Assembly (NCBI GenBank): GCA_947259735.1
Contig: CAMYNN010000009.1
Span: 17,856-81,855, forward strand
Direction of reading: 5' to 3'
Length of the DNA stretch: 64,000 bases
Origin: Thermodesulfovibrionia bacterium
GTDB taxonomy: Bacteria; Nitrospirota; Thermodesulfovibrionia; UBA6902
Position 1 is the stretch's first letter; every line of letters starts with the position of its first letter. This document shows positions 28,350 to 38,174 of this stretch, piece after piece. Below the pieces are notes generated by a model. The model was not told the DNA's origin. It searched no databases and worked only from the letters and a program-made list of their open reading frames with translations. A program made the position numbers and the translations under genes.

Positions 28350-30893
28350 ATGGATAATCCTTTTAATACTATTCAGAACCTGAAATCCTTTAAGGACCCA
28401 TTGATGAAGATAATGAAGAAGCTTTCAGTCCTGCTATGTTCGCTTGTGGTTGCAGCCTGGACCCTCTCTTTTCCTTCATTGACCGCTGCAGATACGTCCA
28501 GAGGAACTAATTCTTCGCAGCCGCAGATAGCCTTCAATTTTGTTGACGTGGAAATCCCCACAGTCATTAAATTCATCAGTGAAATTACGAAAAAAAACTT
28601 TCTTTTTGATAACAGGATAAAGGGGAAAATAACAATAATAGCCCCGACAAAACTCTCTCTTGATGAATCGTTCAACCTCTTCACATCGGTACTCAGCCTG
28701 AAGGGGTTCACCATAATTCCTTCAGGTCCGAACACGTATAAGATTATCCCCTCATCACTCGCAAAACAGACAGGGCGAATTTCTGACGACAAATTTGTTT
28801 CCGTTAACGAGGGATACATAACGAAACTGCTCCCCATCGATAACATTAAGGCCAGCGAGGCATTGCAGTTTCTCCGCCCTGTCATTTCGAGGGACGGACA
28901 CATATCTGCTTTTGGCCCCCGCAATATGCTGCTCGTTGTTGACTCCGGTATAAATATCGACAAAGTCATGTCAATTCTCAGCCTGATTGATAAGCCGTCC
29001 ATAGCAGAAGAAGAGTCACAGATCAATGTCTACTTCCTCGAGCATGCCGATGCGGTAGACATGTCAACGGTCCTGCAGGGGATAATAAAGGATCTTCAGA
29101 CATCATACAAATCCGCCAGGAGGGCTAAACAGACACCCGCTGAAAGTGCAGTTCCCATACTGAGCGTCACACCTGACAAGGCAACCAATGCCCTTGTAAT
29201 AGTGGCCCCCTTATCGGACTACGACAACATCCTCCGGGTAATCAGAACTCTCGACAAGAAGAGGAAGCAGGTCTTTGTTGAGGCAATGATCGTTGAAGCG
29301 CAAATGGACAAATTGAAAGATCTTGGAACAAAATGGAGGGTAATGGCAACCCACAATGATGAACCAATCGCCATAGGAGGCGTTGGAAATGTCAGTTCCG
29401 GAACAATCCTGGATATCATCACCGGTCTTTCCGGTTTTTCTGTCGGCGGCATGGGGAACTTCATTGATATCCCCGTTACATCTATCGGCGGAAGCGGGGC
29501 TTCTAGTGAGACATTGACAGCTCCGGGATTTGCTGCACTCTTCAGCCTGAGCGATTTCAAAGATGCAATAAACGTTTTGTCAACTCCGCAGATACTCACC
29601 TCCGATAATGAAGAAGCAGAAATACTTGTTGGTGAAAATGTCCCCTTCATATCCCAGAGAGAGCGGGACGTTGTTACGACTAACACTGTGCTGAATTCCA
29701 TCGTGAGGACCGATGTAGGGATCAAGCTGCGGATAACTCCTCAGATTACTGAAGGGGACTACGTCAAACTCGATTTATTCCAGGAAATTTCCGCGGTTAA
29801 GAATACCTCTGAGGAAATACTCACCACCGTCGGACCTACAACCACCAAAAGGTCAACAAAGACCTCTGTGGTGGTCAAGGATGGACGGACCGTCGTCATA
29901 GGAGGACTGATGCAGGAAAGAGAAGAGGAAAGTGTTATCAAGATACCCCTTCTGGGTGACATTCCTGTCCTTGAATGGCTCTTCAAGTTCAAGAGCGTTT
30001 CAAAAACCAAGACAAACCTCCTCGTATTTCTCTCTCCCCATATTGTCAAAGAACATCCCAGACAGGAAGAAACAACGGAAAATATGCACCGGGAATTTGC
30101 GGCAAATGAAAATTCATACAGCCGCGGGGAATTGATGGTCAAATTCAGAGACTATATTTCCGTAGAGAGAGCCCTGGAAATAATTACGATGATGGATGCA
30201 GCAGTCATAAAACGCTTTGCAAGCATAGATGTCTATCACATACGACTCAGGGGCGGCCAGGATGTGGACCATGCCATTGAAATGTTTTCATCTCATCCTG
30301 ACGTTCTGTACGCCGAACCGAACTACAAAGTCAGAATCCCTGAACCTCCTGAAGAGAGAAATATGGAATATCAAGTGCCTGAGCTGAATACGAACAATAC
30401 TGAACATTCTCAGCAAGAGAATAAAGTACGTCCCCTGCCCCGTGAAACGAAAGAGTCATCACCTGTAGAACCATTCGCATATGTCAACAGTTCAGTTAAA
30501 CCGTCTTTGCCAATAAGCAAAATGAAAAAAAAAACAAGTTCAGATCATGACGATTTCAACGCAGGCAGCAGCCCTCCCACGACAGACCTGTCTCAAAGCA
30601 TAGCCCCTGCAGCGTCTCCCGGGTATTCTCGGGACTTTGAGATACAGCAGATCAACAAGCCGGCAGTAAATAAGTATTATATCCAGGTCGGTGCCTGGAA
30701 AAACATTAAGTATGCCACAGACACCCTTTCAACACTGAGGACTCAATACCCTGATGTATATCTGGCCAAAGAAGGCACCTTTCACAAGATCCGGATCCCG
30801 GGCACCATGAGCAGAAAAAAAGATGTATCAATACTGAATGATCTGAAAAATAATTTTAATCTGAAGCCTATTCTCGTAAATCAATCGTTGTAA
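28350..30893 (+). CDS. gspD: Type II secretion system secretin GspD with extra C-terminal SPOR (peptidoglycan-binding) domain
   Basis: 847 aa. N0-N3 domains and secretin core (VVIGGLMQEREEESVIKIPLLGDIPVLEWLFKFKS...NLLVFLSPHIV). C-terminal ~80 aa resemble a SPOR domain (YYIQVGAWKNIKYATDTLSTLRTQYPDVYLAKEGTFHKIRIPG). An inserted ~70-aa segment ends in HPDVLYAEPNY. Confidence 0.85.
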   Translation: MDNPFNTIQNLKSFKDPLMKIMKKLSVLLCSLVVAAWTLSFPSLTAADTSRGTNSSQPQIAFNFVDVEIPTVIKFISEITKKNFLFDNRIKGKITIIAPTKLSLDESFNLFTSVLSLKGFTIIPSGPNTYKIIPSSLAKQTGRISDDKFVSVNEGYITKLLPIDNIKASEALQFLRPVISRDGHISAFGPRNMLLVVDSGINIDKVMSILSLIDKPSIAEEESQINVYFLEHADAVDMSTVLQGIIKDLQTSYKSARRAKQTPAESAVPILSVTPDKATNALVIVAPLSDYDNILRVIRTLDKKRKQVFVEAMIVEAQMDKLKDLGTKWRVMATHNDEPIAIGGVGNVSSGTILDIITGLSGFSVGGMGNFIDIPVTSIGGSGASSETLTAPGFAALFSLSDFKDAINVLSTPQILTSDNEEAEILVGENVPFISQRERDVVTTNTVLNSIVRTDVGIKLRITPQITEGDYVKLDLFQEISAVKNTSEEILTTVGPTTTKRSTKTSVVVKDGRTVVIGGLMQEREEESVIKIPLLGDIPVLEWLFKFKSVSKTKTNLLVFLSPHIVKEHPRQEETTENMHREFAANENSYSRGELMVKFRDYISVERALEIITMMDAAVIKRFASIDVYHIRLRGGQDVDHAIEMFSSHPDVLYAEPNYKVRIPEPPEERNMEYQVPELNTNNTEHSQQENKVRPLPRETKESSPVEPFAYVNSSVKPSLPISKMKKKTSSDHDDFNAGSSPPTTDLSQSIAPAASPGYSRDFEIQQINKPAVNKYYIQVGAWKNIKYATDTLSTLRTQYPDVYLAKEGTFHKIRIPGTMSRKKDVSILNDLKNNFNLKPILVNQSL

Positions 30894-30909
30894 GGCCCTG
30901 CAGGACAGT

Positions 30910-32436
30910 ATGATGGACAGTATAGAAAATATCAAAGACGATGAGATAGAGTTCTCCCTTCTCGAAAAAATATCCCTCTCCTTTGCCAAGGGCAATGTAT
31001 TTTTGCCGCTGAGAAGAGAGGACAATGAATTGCTGGGAGCCGTGGCTGATACCCGGGGAATTTTTGCACTTCGGGATCTGGCGCGAAGCATGAACCTCAA
31101 GCCCCGTCCGCTTCAGGCAGGAGAGGCCCTCATAATAGAAACAATTAACCGCATTTACAGCCGGACAAGCAGGGTAGACGAAGCAATGGGGGTCATCCAC
31201 GGAGAAGACCTTTCCATGGTAGCTACGGAATTTGAATCACCGACCGATCTTCTTGAACTGACGGAAGAGGCCCCGATCATCCGTCTGCTGAATGCGCTGT
31301 TGATGGAAGCAGTAAAGGAAAAAGCAAGTGATATTCATATCGAACCCTATGAAAAAGGCATTGATGTCAGATTCCGGGTAGACGGGATTCTGAGCAAAGT
31401 CTTGAGTCCTCCAAAAATTATTCATGACGCCCTCATATCCAGGGTAAAGATACTTGCCGGTCTCGATATTGCGGAAAAAAGACTTCCCCAGGACGGAAGA
31501 ATACAGCTGCTTGTGGGCGGGAAAGACATCGATATCCGTGTGTCCATCATACCGACCGCACTGGGCGAAAGGGCCGTCCTGAGACTCCTTGACCGTCATT
31601 CAGGTATGCTGAGCCTTGAAATGCTCGGACTGACAGACACCCTTCTCATTTCATTAAAGAATGCCCTGTCCAGGCACAATGGAATCATACTGGTTACAGG
31701 ACCGACAGGCTCCGGTAAAACTACTTCATTGTATGCATCACTCCTGCGGCTCAACACGGAAGACAGGAATATCATCACTGTTGAAGACCCTGTTGAGTAT
31801 CAGTTGGCCGGCATAGGGCAGATGCAGGTCAATCCAAAAATCGGTCTGACATTTGCAGCGGGACTGAGATCGATACTGCGGCAGGATCCGGATATAATGA
31901 TGGTCGGTGAGATACGAGATCTGGAAACTGCGGAGATTGCAGTTCACGCTTCCCTGACAGGGCATCTGGTCCTGAGCACCCTGCATACAAACGATGCTCC
32001 CAGTGCTGCCACACGACTCATTGACATGGGTATAGAACCATTTCTTGTCTCCTCATCGCTGGCATGTGTACTGGCCCAGCGGCTTGTAAGGGTAATCTGC
32101 CCTCACTGCAAAGAATCCTATGTGCCGTCTAAACAGGAACTGAACTACCTCGAAATTGACCCTCCTCCTTCTGAACTGTACCGTGGGAAGGGATGCGAAA
32201 AGTGCCTGGACAAGGGATATCTCGGCAGGACAGGCATCTACGAACTGCTCGAAATCACTCCTGATGTAAGAACAATGATAGCGGAGAGAAAAGATGCTCA
32301 GGCAATCAAGGCAGCCGCAGTACGGTCCGCCGGATTTAATTCTCTCCAGAAAAATGCATTGGACAAGATATTAAAAGGTATTACAACCGTTGAGGAAGTC
32401 ATACGGGTAACACTAAAAGATGCAGAATCATTATAG
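30910..32436 (+). CDS. gspE: Type II secretion ATPase GspE
   Basis: 508 aa. N1 domain, Walker [24 protein letters not shown], Zn tetracysteine CPHC...CEKC. Confidence 0.92.
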   Translation: MMDSIENIKDDEIEFSLLEKISLSFAKGNVFLPLRREDNELLGAVADTRGIFALRDLARSMNLKPRPLQAGEALIIETINRIYSRTSRVDEAMGVIHGEDLSMVATEFESPTDLLELTEEAPIIRLLNALLMEAVKEKASDIHIEPYEKGIDVRFRVDGILSKVLSPPKIIHDALISRVKILAGLDIAEKRLPQDGRIQLLVGGKDIDIRVSIIPTALGERAVLRLLDRHSGMLSLEMLGLTDTLLISLKNALSRHNGIILVTGPTGSGKTTSLYASLLRLNTEDRNIITVEDPVEYQLAGIGQMQVNPKIGLTFAAGLRSILRQDPDIMMVGEIRDLETAEIAVHASLTGHLVLSTLHTNDAPSAATRLIDMGIEPFLVSSSLACVLAQRLVRVICPHCKESYVPSKQELNYLEIDPPPSELYRGKGCEKCLDKGYLGRTGIYELLEITPDVRTMIAERKDAQAIKAAAVRSAGFNSLQKNALDKILKGITTVEEVIRVTLKDAESL

Positions 32437-32598
32437 TTCATATAACGTAATGGATAGAACTTTGTTTCAATCACCAATAAATAAATAATGACCAATAATG
32501 TGATAACAATATTCATGACTTCAAAGTTTATTGATACTTCGGTCATGGGACATGGAAATTTATTCGTAATTCGTAATTCGTAATTTTCTTTTAATAGT

Positions 32599-33774
32599 AT
32601 GCCTGTATTCAAATATCGAGGATATGATCAGCAGGGAGCGGCAACTGACGGAGTAATAGAAGCCGACGGACAACGGGATGCCGCCCTGAAAATAAAAACA
32701 AAGGGAATCTTCCCAAAAGAGATACGGGAGGCAAGCACCTCACCGAAGAAATCTCTTTTCAAACAGATATCGCCCCTGACACTTGCCAACATAACACGAA
32801 GACTTTCAACGCTCCTTTCGTCAGGAGTTCCGCTCATAGAAGCAATGGGAGCCCTCTCTAACGAGCAGAAGGGTGAATGGAAGAACATTTTAATCGACGT
32901 GAAAGACAGACTTGCCGGTGGCGCGACTTTTGACCGTGCGCTGAGTGCACATCCTGATGTCTTCCCTGATTTTTACTGCGGCATGATTTCCGCAGGCGAA
33001 AGCAGCGGCAAACTGACTGATGTGCTGGAAAAACTCGCCGATTATCTTGAAAAGGAAATCAATATTAAAAGCAAAGTCACAACAGCACTCACCTATCCCC
33101 TGTTCATGGCCTGTGTAAGCGTCGCCATTGTCCTTTTCCTGTTTACCTTTGTAATCCCGAAGATAACCAAGATATTCGAGGAAAGTGCTTCAGCCCTCCC
33201 CTTTGCGACCATCGTCCTCATCTGGATCAGCACGGCACTGAAAAAATTCTGGTGGCTTTTGATAGCGCTCACAGCAGGCATTGCTTTCACATTCAGAAAG
33301 ATAAAACAGAAGAGAAAAGATCTGATTGACGGCCTCCTCCTCAGGGAACCGACGGGCATCATGACAGGGCTTTACATGCTGCGCTTTTCCATGACAATGG
33401 GATTCCTTCTCTCAGGCGGACTTCCAATTCTCCGGGCCATGAAGCTGACTTCAAAGGCAACGGGAAATGTTGTACTTGAGCAGAGAATCATATCTGCCGA
33501 GAATCTGGTTTCACAGGGAGCAAAACTCTCGTCAAGTCTTGAGGGGTTCCCTCCCACACTGTTGCAGATTATTTCTACAGGGGAACAGACGGGAAAACTT
33601 CCTGAAGTGCTCTTGAAAACAGCCCAGTCCTATGAGTCCGATTTTGACAGAAAACTCCAACGGGGGATCAGCCTTCTGGAACCGGTCCTTATTTTAACCA
33701 TGGGACTGGTTGTCGGTTTTATCGTTGTGTCAGTACTGCTCCCCATTTTTGAGCTGAATGAAATGATGCGCTAA
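32599..33774 (+). CDS. gspF: Type II secretion inner-membrane platform protein GspF
   Basis: 391 aa. Duplicated GspF/PilC domain and 3 TM segments. Conserved GE..G motifs. Confidence 0.9.
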   Translation: MPVFKYRGYDQQGAATDGVIEADGQRDAALKIKTKGIFPKEIREASTSPKKSLFKQISPLTLANITRRLSTLLSSGVPLIEAMGALSNEQKGEWKNILIDVKDRLAGGATFDRALSAHPDVFPDFYCGMISAGESSGKLTDVLEKLADYLEKEINIKSKVTTALTYPLFMACVSVAIVLFLFTFVIPKITKIFEESASALPFATIVLIWISTALKKFWWLLIALTAGIAFTFRKIKQKRKDLIDGLLLREPTGIMTGLYMLRFSMTMGFLLSGGLPILRAMKLTSKATGNVVLEQRIISAENLVSQGAKLSSSLEGFPPTLLQIISTGEQTGKLPEVLLKTAQSYESDFDRKLQRGISLLEPVLILTMGLVVGFIVVSVLLPIFELNEMMR

Positions 33775-34271
33775 TGTAAATAAGCCCTTACGTCAACAGA
33801 CCGGAATCACGTACCCTCTAAAGCCATAACGACTAAGCCCTGGGATCGAAATCTTCAAGAAACATCAAGGATGGAAATTCAAAGATTCCTCTTCGATATA
33901 CAGAGTATGTATGGCACGCACATGTGTCTATAAAGCATTGGTGATCACACCTTGTAAACATGCAGTTCATCTTTCCTTACGATACATTCATCAGACAGCA
34001 ACAGGTCAGTTGTTTATACGTTTATTAGCTTTTTAAATTGTGTAGCGATGCATTTGATGCTACATATAAGTTAATGGATAAAACTCACAATTTTTTAATA
34101 CCATTACATGAAAGGGGCGAAACACATGGTGTATACGCAAGACCAGGCTGCCGGGAAATGGAACGGTGGCTTGGCCGCTCTTTTGTTTCTTGCAGGTGAA
34201 AATGGCATTGTATTGGAATATGCTTCAGTGTAATAAGGGAATAGCTGAATTTAAATAAACAGGAGAAACCT

Positions 34272-36125
34272 GTGAGAAAAAGGTTCCAATTCAAGAGCAT
34301 CGGAGCACGCCTCACCTTCTGGTTTTTCATTATGGCAATGCTTCCACTGATTATGGTCAATATCGCAATCTACATTCATATGGTGCATTCAATAAAGGTA
34401 TCAGTATTCAATAAGATCGAATCTATCAGGGATTTAAAGGTTCTTGAAGTCAACCACTGGCTCAAAGAAAGAATCAGCGATATCTATATTATTTCTGCCA
34501 GCGACGAGATACGCCTGCTGGAAATTATTCAAAGTGACAGAGAAGAAATCAGTCGACCCGATATGGCGATTATTTCCAGGGAGCAAACTCTTCTCAATAA
34601 CTACCTGAAAAATTATGATGACTTCCATGAAATCTCTATTGTAGACCCGCACACAAATAAAATCCTGGTCTCTACCGATAGAAAGAACGAAGGGAAAGTT
34701 CGTTTAACAGCGCCTCATGTTACAGAGTCCTTTCGGGGAGGGGAATTATTCATCGAGGATATTCATTATCCCGAGGGGCTCGATAAGCCCTCCATGGCTT
34801 TTTCCATTCCCATTTTCAGTCTGGCCAACCGTAGCACCCCTATCGGCTTACTCGTTGCCAGCATTAACCTTGAAAGCTCCCTTTATAAATTGTTGCTCAA
34901 TCGTACGGGAGTCGGAAAGACGGGTGAAACCCTCATTGTTAACAAAGACATCATTGCCCTGAACGAGTTGCGCTGGCACAAGGACGCCGTTCTTAAACTG
35001 AAAATAGAATCAGGACCTGCCCGAAAGGCCTCCCGCGGAAAAACGGGTATTGTTGAGACAGATGACTACAGGGGCGAAATGGTATTGGCCGCGTATACAC
35101 ATATCCCCATGACCGGATGGGGTTTTGTCGCAAAGCAGGACCTTAAAGAAGTTTACGCCCCCATCTATGGTCTCAGAAAATGGATGTTCGCCATTGTAAT
35201 CATGACTTTGTCTGGAGTGATCATTGTTGCTTTTCGTGTCTCAAAATCAATTTCCAGACCGATCAAGGTATTACATAAAGGCAGTGAAATAATAGGGAAT
35301 GGGAATCTGGATCATAGAGTTGGAACTGGCGCACATGACGAAATCGGTGAGTTGTCCAGAACATTCGATCATATGATAGAAAAGCTCAAGACTACCACCG
35401 CTTCATGGGATGAATTGAATAGAGAGATTGTCCAGCGCAAGCATCTTGAAAAAACGCTTCTCGAAATTGAGGAACATGAACGACGGCGTATTGGACACGA
35501 TCTTCATGATAATCTGGGACAACAACTTACGGGCATTTCTTTTAAGACCAAAGGACTGGAAAACATATTAAGGAAAAAATCAATTCCCGAGGCTGAAGAT
35601 GCAGAAAGAATTGCATACCTCATAGAGATGTCAAAAGCACAGCTCAAATCCCTGTCAATAGGTCTTGCTCCCATGTTTGGAAATGATGAGTACAGTCTGG
35701 CTACAGCCTTAGCAGAACTAGCGTCCAATTCCGAAAAACTATTTGGAATACATTGTGATCTGAAATGCAATAAATTTGTCAGATTATATTATAAATCCGC
35801 ACTGATACACCTCTACCGTATCGCTCAGGAGGCCATTACAAATGCTGCGCGGCACGCCAAACCCGACAAAATCGAAATTCGCCTCAGCAAGAAACATGAT
35901 GAAATTACAATGTCAATAAGAGATGATGGCCTGGGCTTTTCTACGCTGCACCGGACAAGCGGGATGGGTCTTGAAATTATGAAATATCGGGCAGCCATAA
36001 TCAATGCATCAATTGACATCCGTCCCGACAGCAAGAAAGGGACACGTGTAACCTGCGTTTTTTATGATAAACAGAAAAGTGAGACCAACATTACGGAGAA
36101 ACTTCATAATTCTTTATCCTGTTAG
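34272..36125 (+). CDS. Sensor histidine kinase, NarX/NarQ-like architecture (periplasmic Cache-like domain, HAMP, HisKA_3, HATPase)
   Basis: 617 aa. GTG start with RBS aggag. Two TM helices around a ~270-aa periplasmic domain. HAMP. HisKA_3 H-box RRIGHDLHDNLGQQLTGI. C-terminal ATPase (GMGLEIM). Confidence 0.85.
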   Translation: MRKRFQFKSIGARLTFWFFIMAMLPLIMVNIAIYIHMVHSIKVSVFNKIESIRDLKVLEVNHWLKERISDIYIISASDEIRLLEIIQSDREEISRPDMAIISREQTLLNNYLKNYDDFHEISIVDPHTNKILVSTDRKNEGKVRLTAPHVTESFRGGELFIEDIHYPEGLDKPSMAFSIPIFSLANRSTPIGLLVASINLESSLYKLLLNRTGVGKTGETLIVNKDIIALNELRWHKDAVLKLKIESGPARKASRGKTGIVETDDYRGEMVLAAYTHIPMTGWGFVAKQDLKEVYAPIYGLRKWMFAIVIMTLSGVIIVAFRVSKSISRPIKVLHKGSEIIGNGNLDHRVGTGAHDEIGELSRTFDHMIEKLKTTTASWDELNREIVQRKHLEKTLLEIEEHERRRIGHDLHDNLGQQLTGISFKTKGLENILRKKSIPEAEDAERIAYLIEMSKAQLKSLSIGLAPMFGNDEYSLATALAELASNSEKLFGIHCDLKCNKFVRLYYKSALIHLYRIAQEAITNAARHAKPDKIEIRLSKKHDEITMSIRDDGLGFSTLHRTSGMGLEIMKYRAAIINASIDIRPDSKKGTRVTCVFYDKQKSETNITEKLHNSLSC

Positions 36126-36241
36126 CATAATTTTCTGGCGGGACAAAACAAAGGAGAAACAATCATGAAAAAGTTACCTATGCTTCATAGGAAAAAACAC
36201 CTAATAAAACATAAGGATTCTCTTTAAAAAAACCCTACTCA

Positions 36242-36270
36242 CTTCTGTCGATTTTCAGGGCACTATAATT
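36242..36270 (+). promoter_or_regulatory. Conserved promoter/operator motif (copy 1) TTCTGTCGATTTTCAGGGCACTATAATT upstream of the NarL-like regulator gene
   Basis: Nearly identical 30-mer recurs at 37221-37250 upstream of nfnA (CTTTCTGTCGATTTACAAGGCAATATATTT). Contains a TATAAT -10-like hexamer. In addition a related upstream motif AAAAARCACCTARTN..CATAAGRA occurs at 36186-36220, 37105-37137 and 37172-37198. Confidence 0.5.
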
Positions 36271-36327
36271 GTCCTATAATGAATACAATGAGAATAATAC
36301 GAAAGGGAATTGAGGGGAGAAAAAACC

Positions 36328-36996
36328 ATGAAAACGCAAAAGCCTGGAAATAAAACAAAAAAGAGTAAAGTCTTTATTGTTGACGACCATTGCATTTTAC
36401 GTGAAGGTCTTTCTCACCTTATTAACAGTGAAGAAGACCTTATAGTATGTGGAGAAGCAGACAATGTTTCCGATGCGCCACAGGCCATTGAAGATTCCAA
36501 ACCCGATATTGTAATAGTTGATATCGGTCTTGGAGATGGAAGTGGAATCAGACTCACAGAGAATCTCATGTATTCCCATCCCGCCATATCAGTACTGGTC
36601 CTGTCCATGCATGATGAATCGGAATATGCCGAACGTTGTCTTAAGTCAGGGGCACGGGGCTATATCATGAAACAGGAGTCATCCCGGAAATTGCTGTCAG
36701 CAATACGAAAAGTCCTGAACGGTGAAATATACGTGAGCGATAAATTAAACGTAACACTTTTGCATAAGTTTGTTAAAAACAAATTTGAAAGTTTCGATTC
36801 TTCCACAAAGCCCCTCAGCAACCGTGAACTGGAAGTGTATCAACTCCTCGGGCAGGGACTGAAAAAACACAAGATAGCAGAACGGTTAAACCTCAGTGTC
36901 AAAACCATTGAAACCTACATAGAACACATCAAGATCAAGCTGCAGTTAAAGGGCACACATGATGTCCTTATGCACGCGGTCAAGTCTATTTATTAA
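36328..36996 (+). CDS. NarL/FixJ-family response regulator (receiver + LuxR-type HTH)
   Basis: Start at ATG 36328 (RBS gagggga). VFIVDDHCILREGL...DIVIVDIGLGDGSG...LSMHDE. C-terminal LSNRELEVYQLLGQGLKKHKIAERLNLSVKTIETY. Confidence 0.9.
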   Translation: MKTQKPGNKTKKSKVFIVDDHCILREGLSHLINSEEDLIVCGEADNVSDAPQAIEDSKPDIVIVDIGLGDGSGIRLTENLMYSHPAISVLVLSMHDESEYAERCLKSGARGYIMKQESSRKLLSAIRKVLNGEIYVSDKLNVTLLHKFVKNKFESFDSSTKPLSNRELEVYQLLGQGLKKHKIAERLNLSVKTIETYIEHIKIKLQLKGTHDVLMHAVKSIY

Positions 36997-37220
36997 TGTA
37001 AAGCAAAAATCATGGCTACGCTGTAGGGGCAATCCCTTGCGGATGCCCTTGTCCTCGTGGCTCCCCATAAGGGCAGGCACGAGACATGCCCCTACATTAT
37101 CCCCCATAGGAAAAAGCACCTAGTCCATCATAAGAAGCTTCCTCAGTATAAATTTCAGCCTTTGATTTAGTACAAAAATACCTAGTCTATCATAAGGAAT
37201 TTCTACCCGAAAACCTTCAA

Positions 37221-37250
37221 CTTTCTGTCGATTTACAAGGCAATATATTT
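37221..37250 (+). promoter_or_regulatory. Conserved promoter/operator motif (copy 2) upstream of nfnA
   Basis: See the feature at 36242. Lies 89 bp upstream of the nfnA start. Confidence 0.5.
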
Positions 37251-37338
37251 ATCCCACAATGGAAATAAGGAGGCAGCCCTCAGGGATGATAAAGAGAATG
37301 AACAAGAACACATTTAAAAAGAGAGGAGGCATAAGGGA

Positions 37339-38172
37339 ATGTTCAATATCTTAAAGAAGGAGGAATTGTCAGAGCAGATAACGTTATTTGAGATCTCTGC
37401 AAAAGACATCGCGAATAAGGCAAAGCCGGGTAATTTTTTTATGCTCAGGACTCATGAGCAGGGAGAAAGGGTTCCTTTAACCATTGCTGATTTTGACAGG
37501 GACAGAGGGACCATAACAGCTGTGTTTCAGAAGGTCGGCAAGTCGACCAATCATCTGGGGTCCCTCAATGAAGGTGATTTTATACCCGATGTCACCGGTC
37601 CTCTCGGTAACCACTCCCACATAGATAATTTCGGCAGAGTTGTGTGCGTGGGAGGCGGCGTGGGGATCGCGCCTGTATACCCCATAGCAAAAGCGCTCAA
37701 AGAATCAGGCAATATCGTCACATCAATCATAGGTGCCCGTTCAAAATCAATTCTCTTTTGGGAAGAAAAGATGCGGAACGTATCTGACGAACTTATTATT
37801 ACCACCGATGACGGTTCCTACGGCACCAAGGCAACTGTAACCGCTCCCCTGGAAGATATTCTGAGCACCGAACAGGTCGACCTGGTCGTTGCCATCGGCC
37901 CTGCAGTCATGATGAAGTTCGTCTGCAAGACGACGGAAAAGTACAGAGTAAAAACGGTAGTCAGCCTCAATTCAATCATGATTGACGGGACGGGAATGTG
38001 CGGCGGCTGCAGGGTTGAAGTTGGAGGGGAGACAAAGTATACCTGTGTCGACGGCCCCGAATTTAATGGCCACGACGTGAACTTTGATCTGCTTATGAAC
38101 AGGCTGAAGGCGTATATTCCCCAGGAAAGTATAGCTTTGAACCGGGGAGGATCAACAGTGGAGGTCCAATAG
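37339..38172 (+). CDS. nfnA: NADH-dependent reduced ferredoxin:NADP+ oxidoreductase subunit A (NfnA / SudB; PyrK-like FAD + [2Fe-2S])
   Basis: 277 aa. FAD/NAD-binding fold (VCVGGGVGIAPVYPIAKAL). C-terminal Cys cluster (GTGMCGGCRVEVGGETKYTCVDGPEF). Followed by the gltD-like partner. Confidence 0.8.
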   Translation: MFNILKKEELSEQITLFEISAKDIANKAKPGNFFMLRTHEQGERVPLTIADFDRDRGTITAVFQKVGKSTNHLGSLNEGDFIPDVTGPLGNHSHIDNFGRVVCVGGGVGIAPVYPIAKALKESGNIVTSIIGARSKSILFWEEKMRNVSDELIITTDDGSYGTKATVTAPLEDILSTEQVDLVVAIGPAVMMKFVCKTTEKYRVKTVVSLNSIMIDGTGMCGGCRVEVGGETKYTCVDGPEFNGHDVNFDLLMNRLKAYIPQESIALNRGGSTVEVQ

Positions 38173-38174
38173 AT

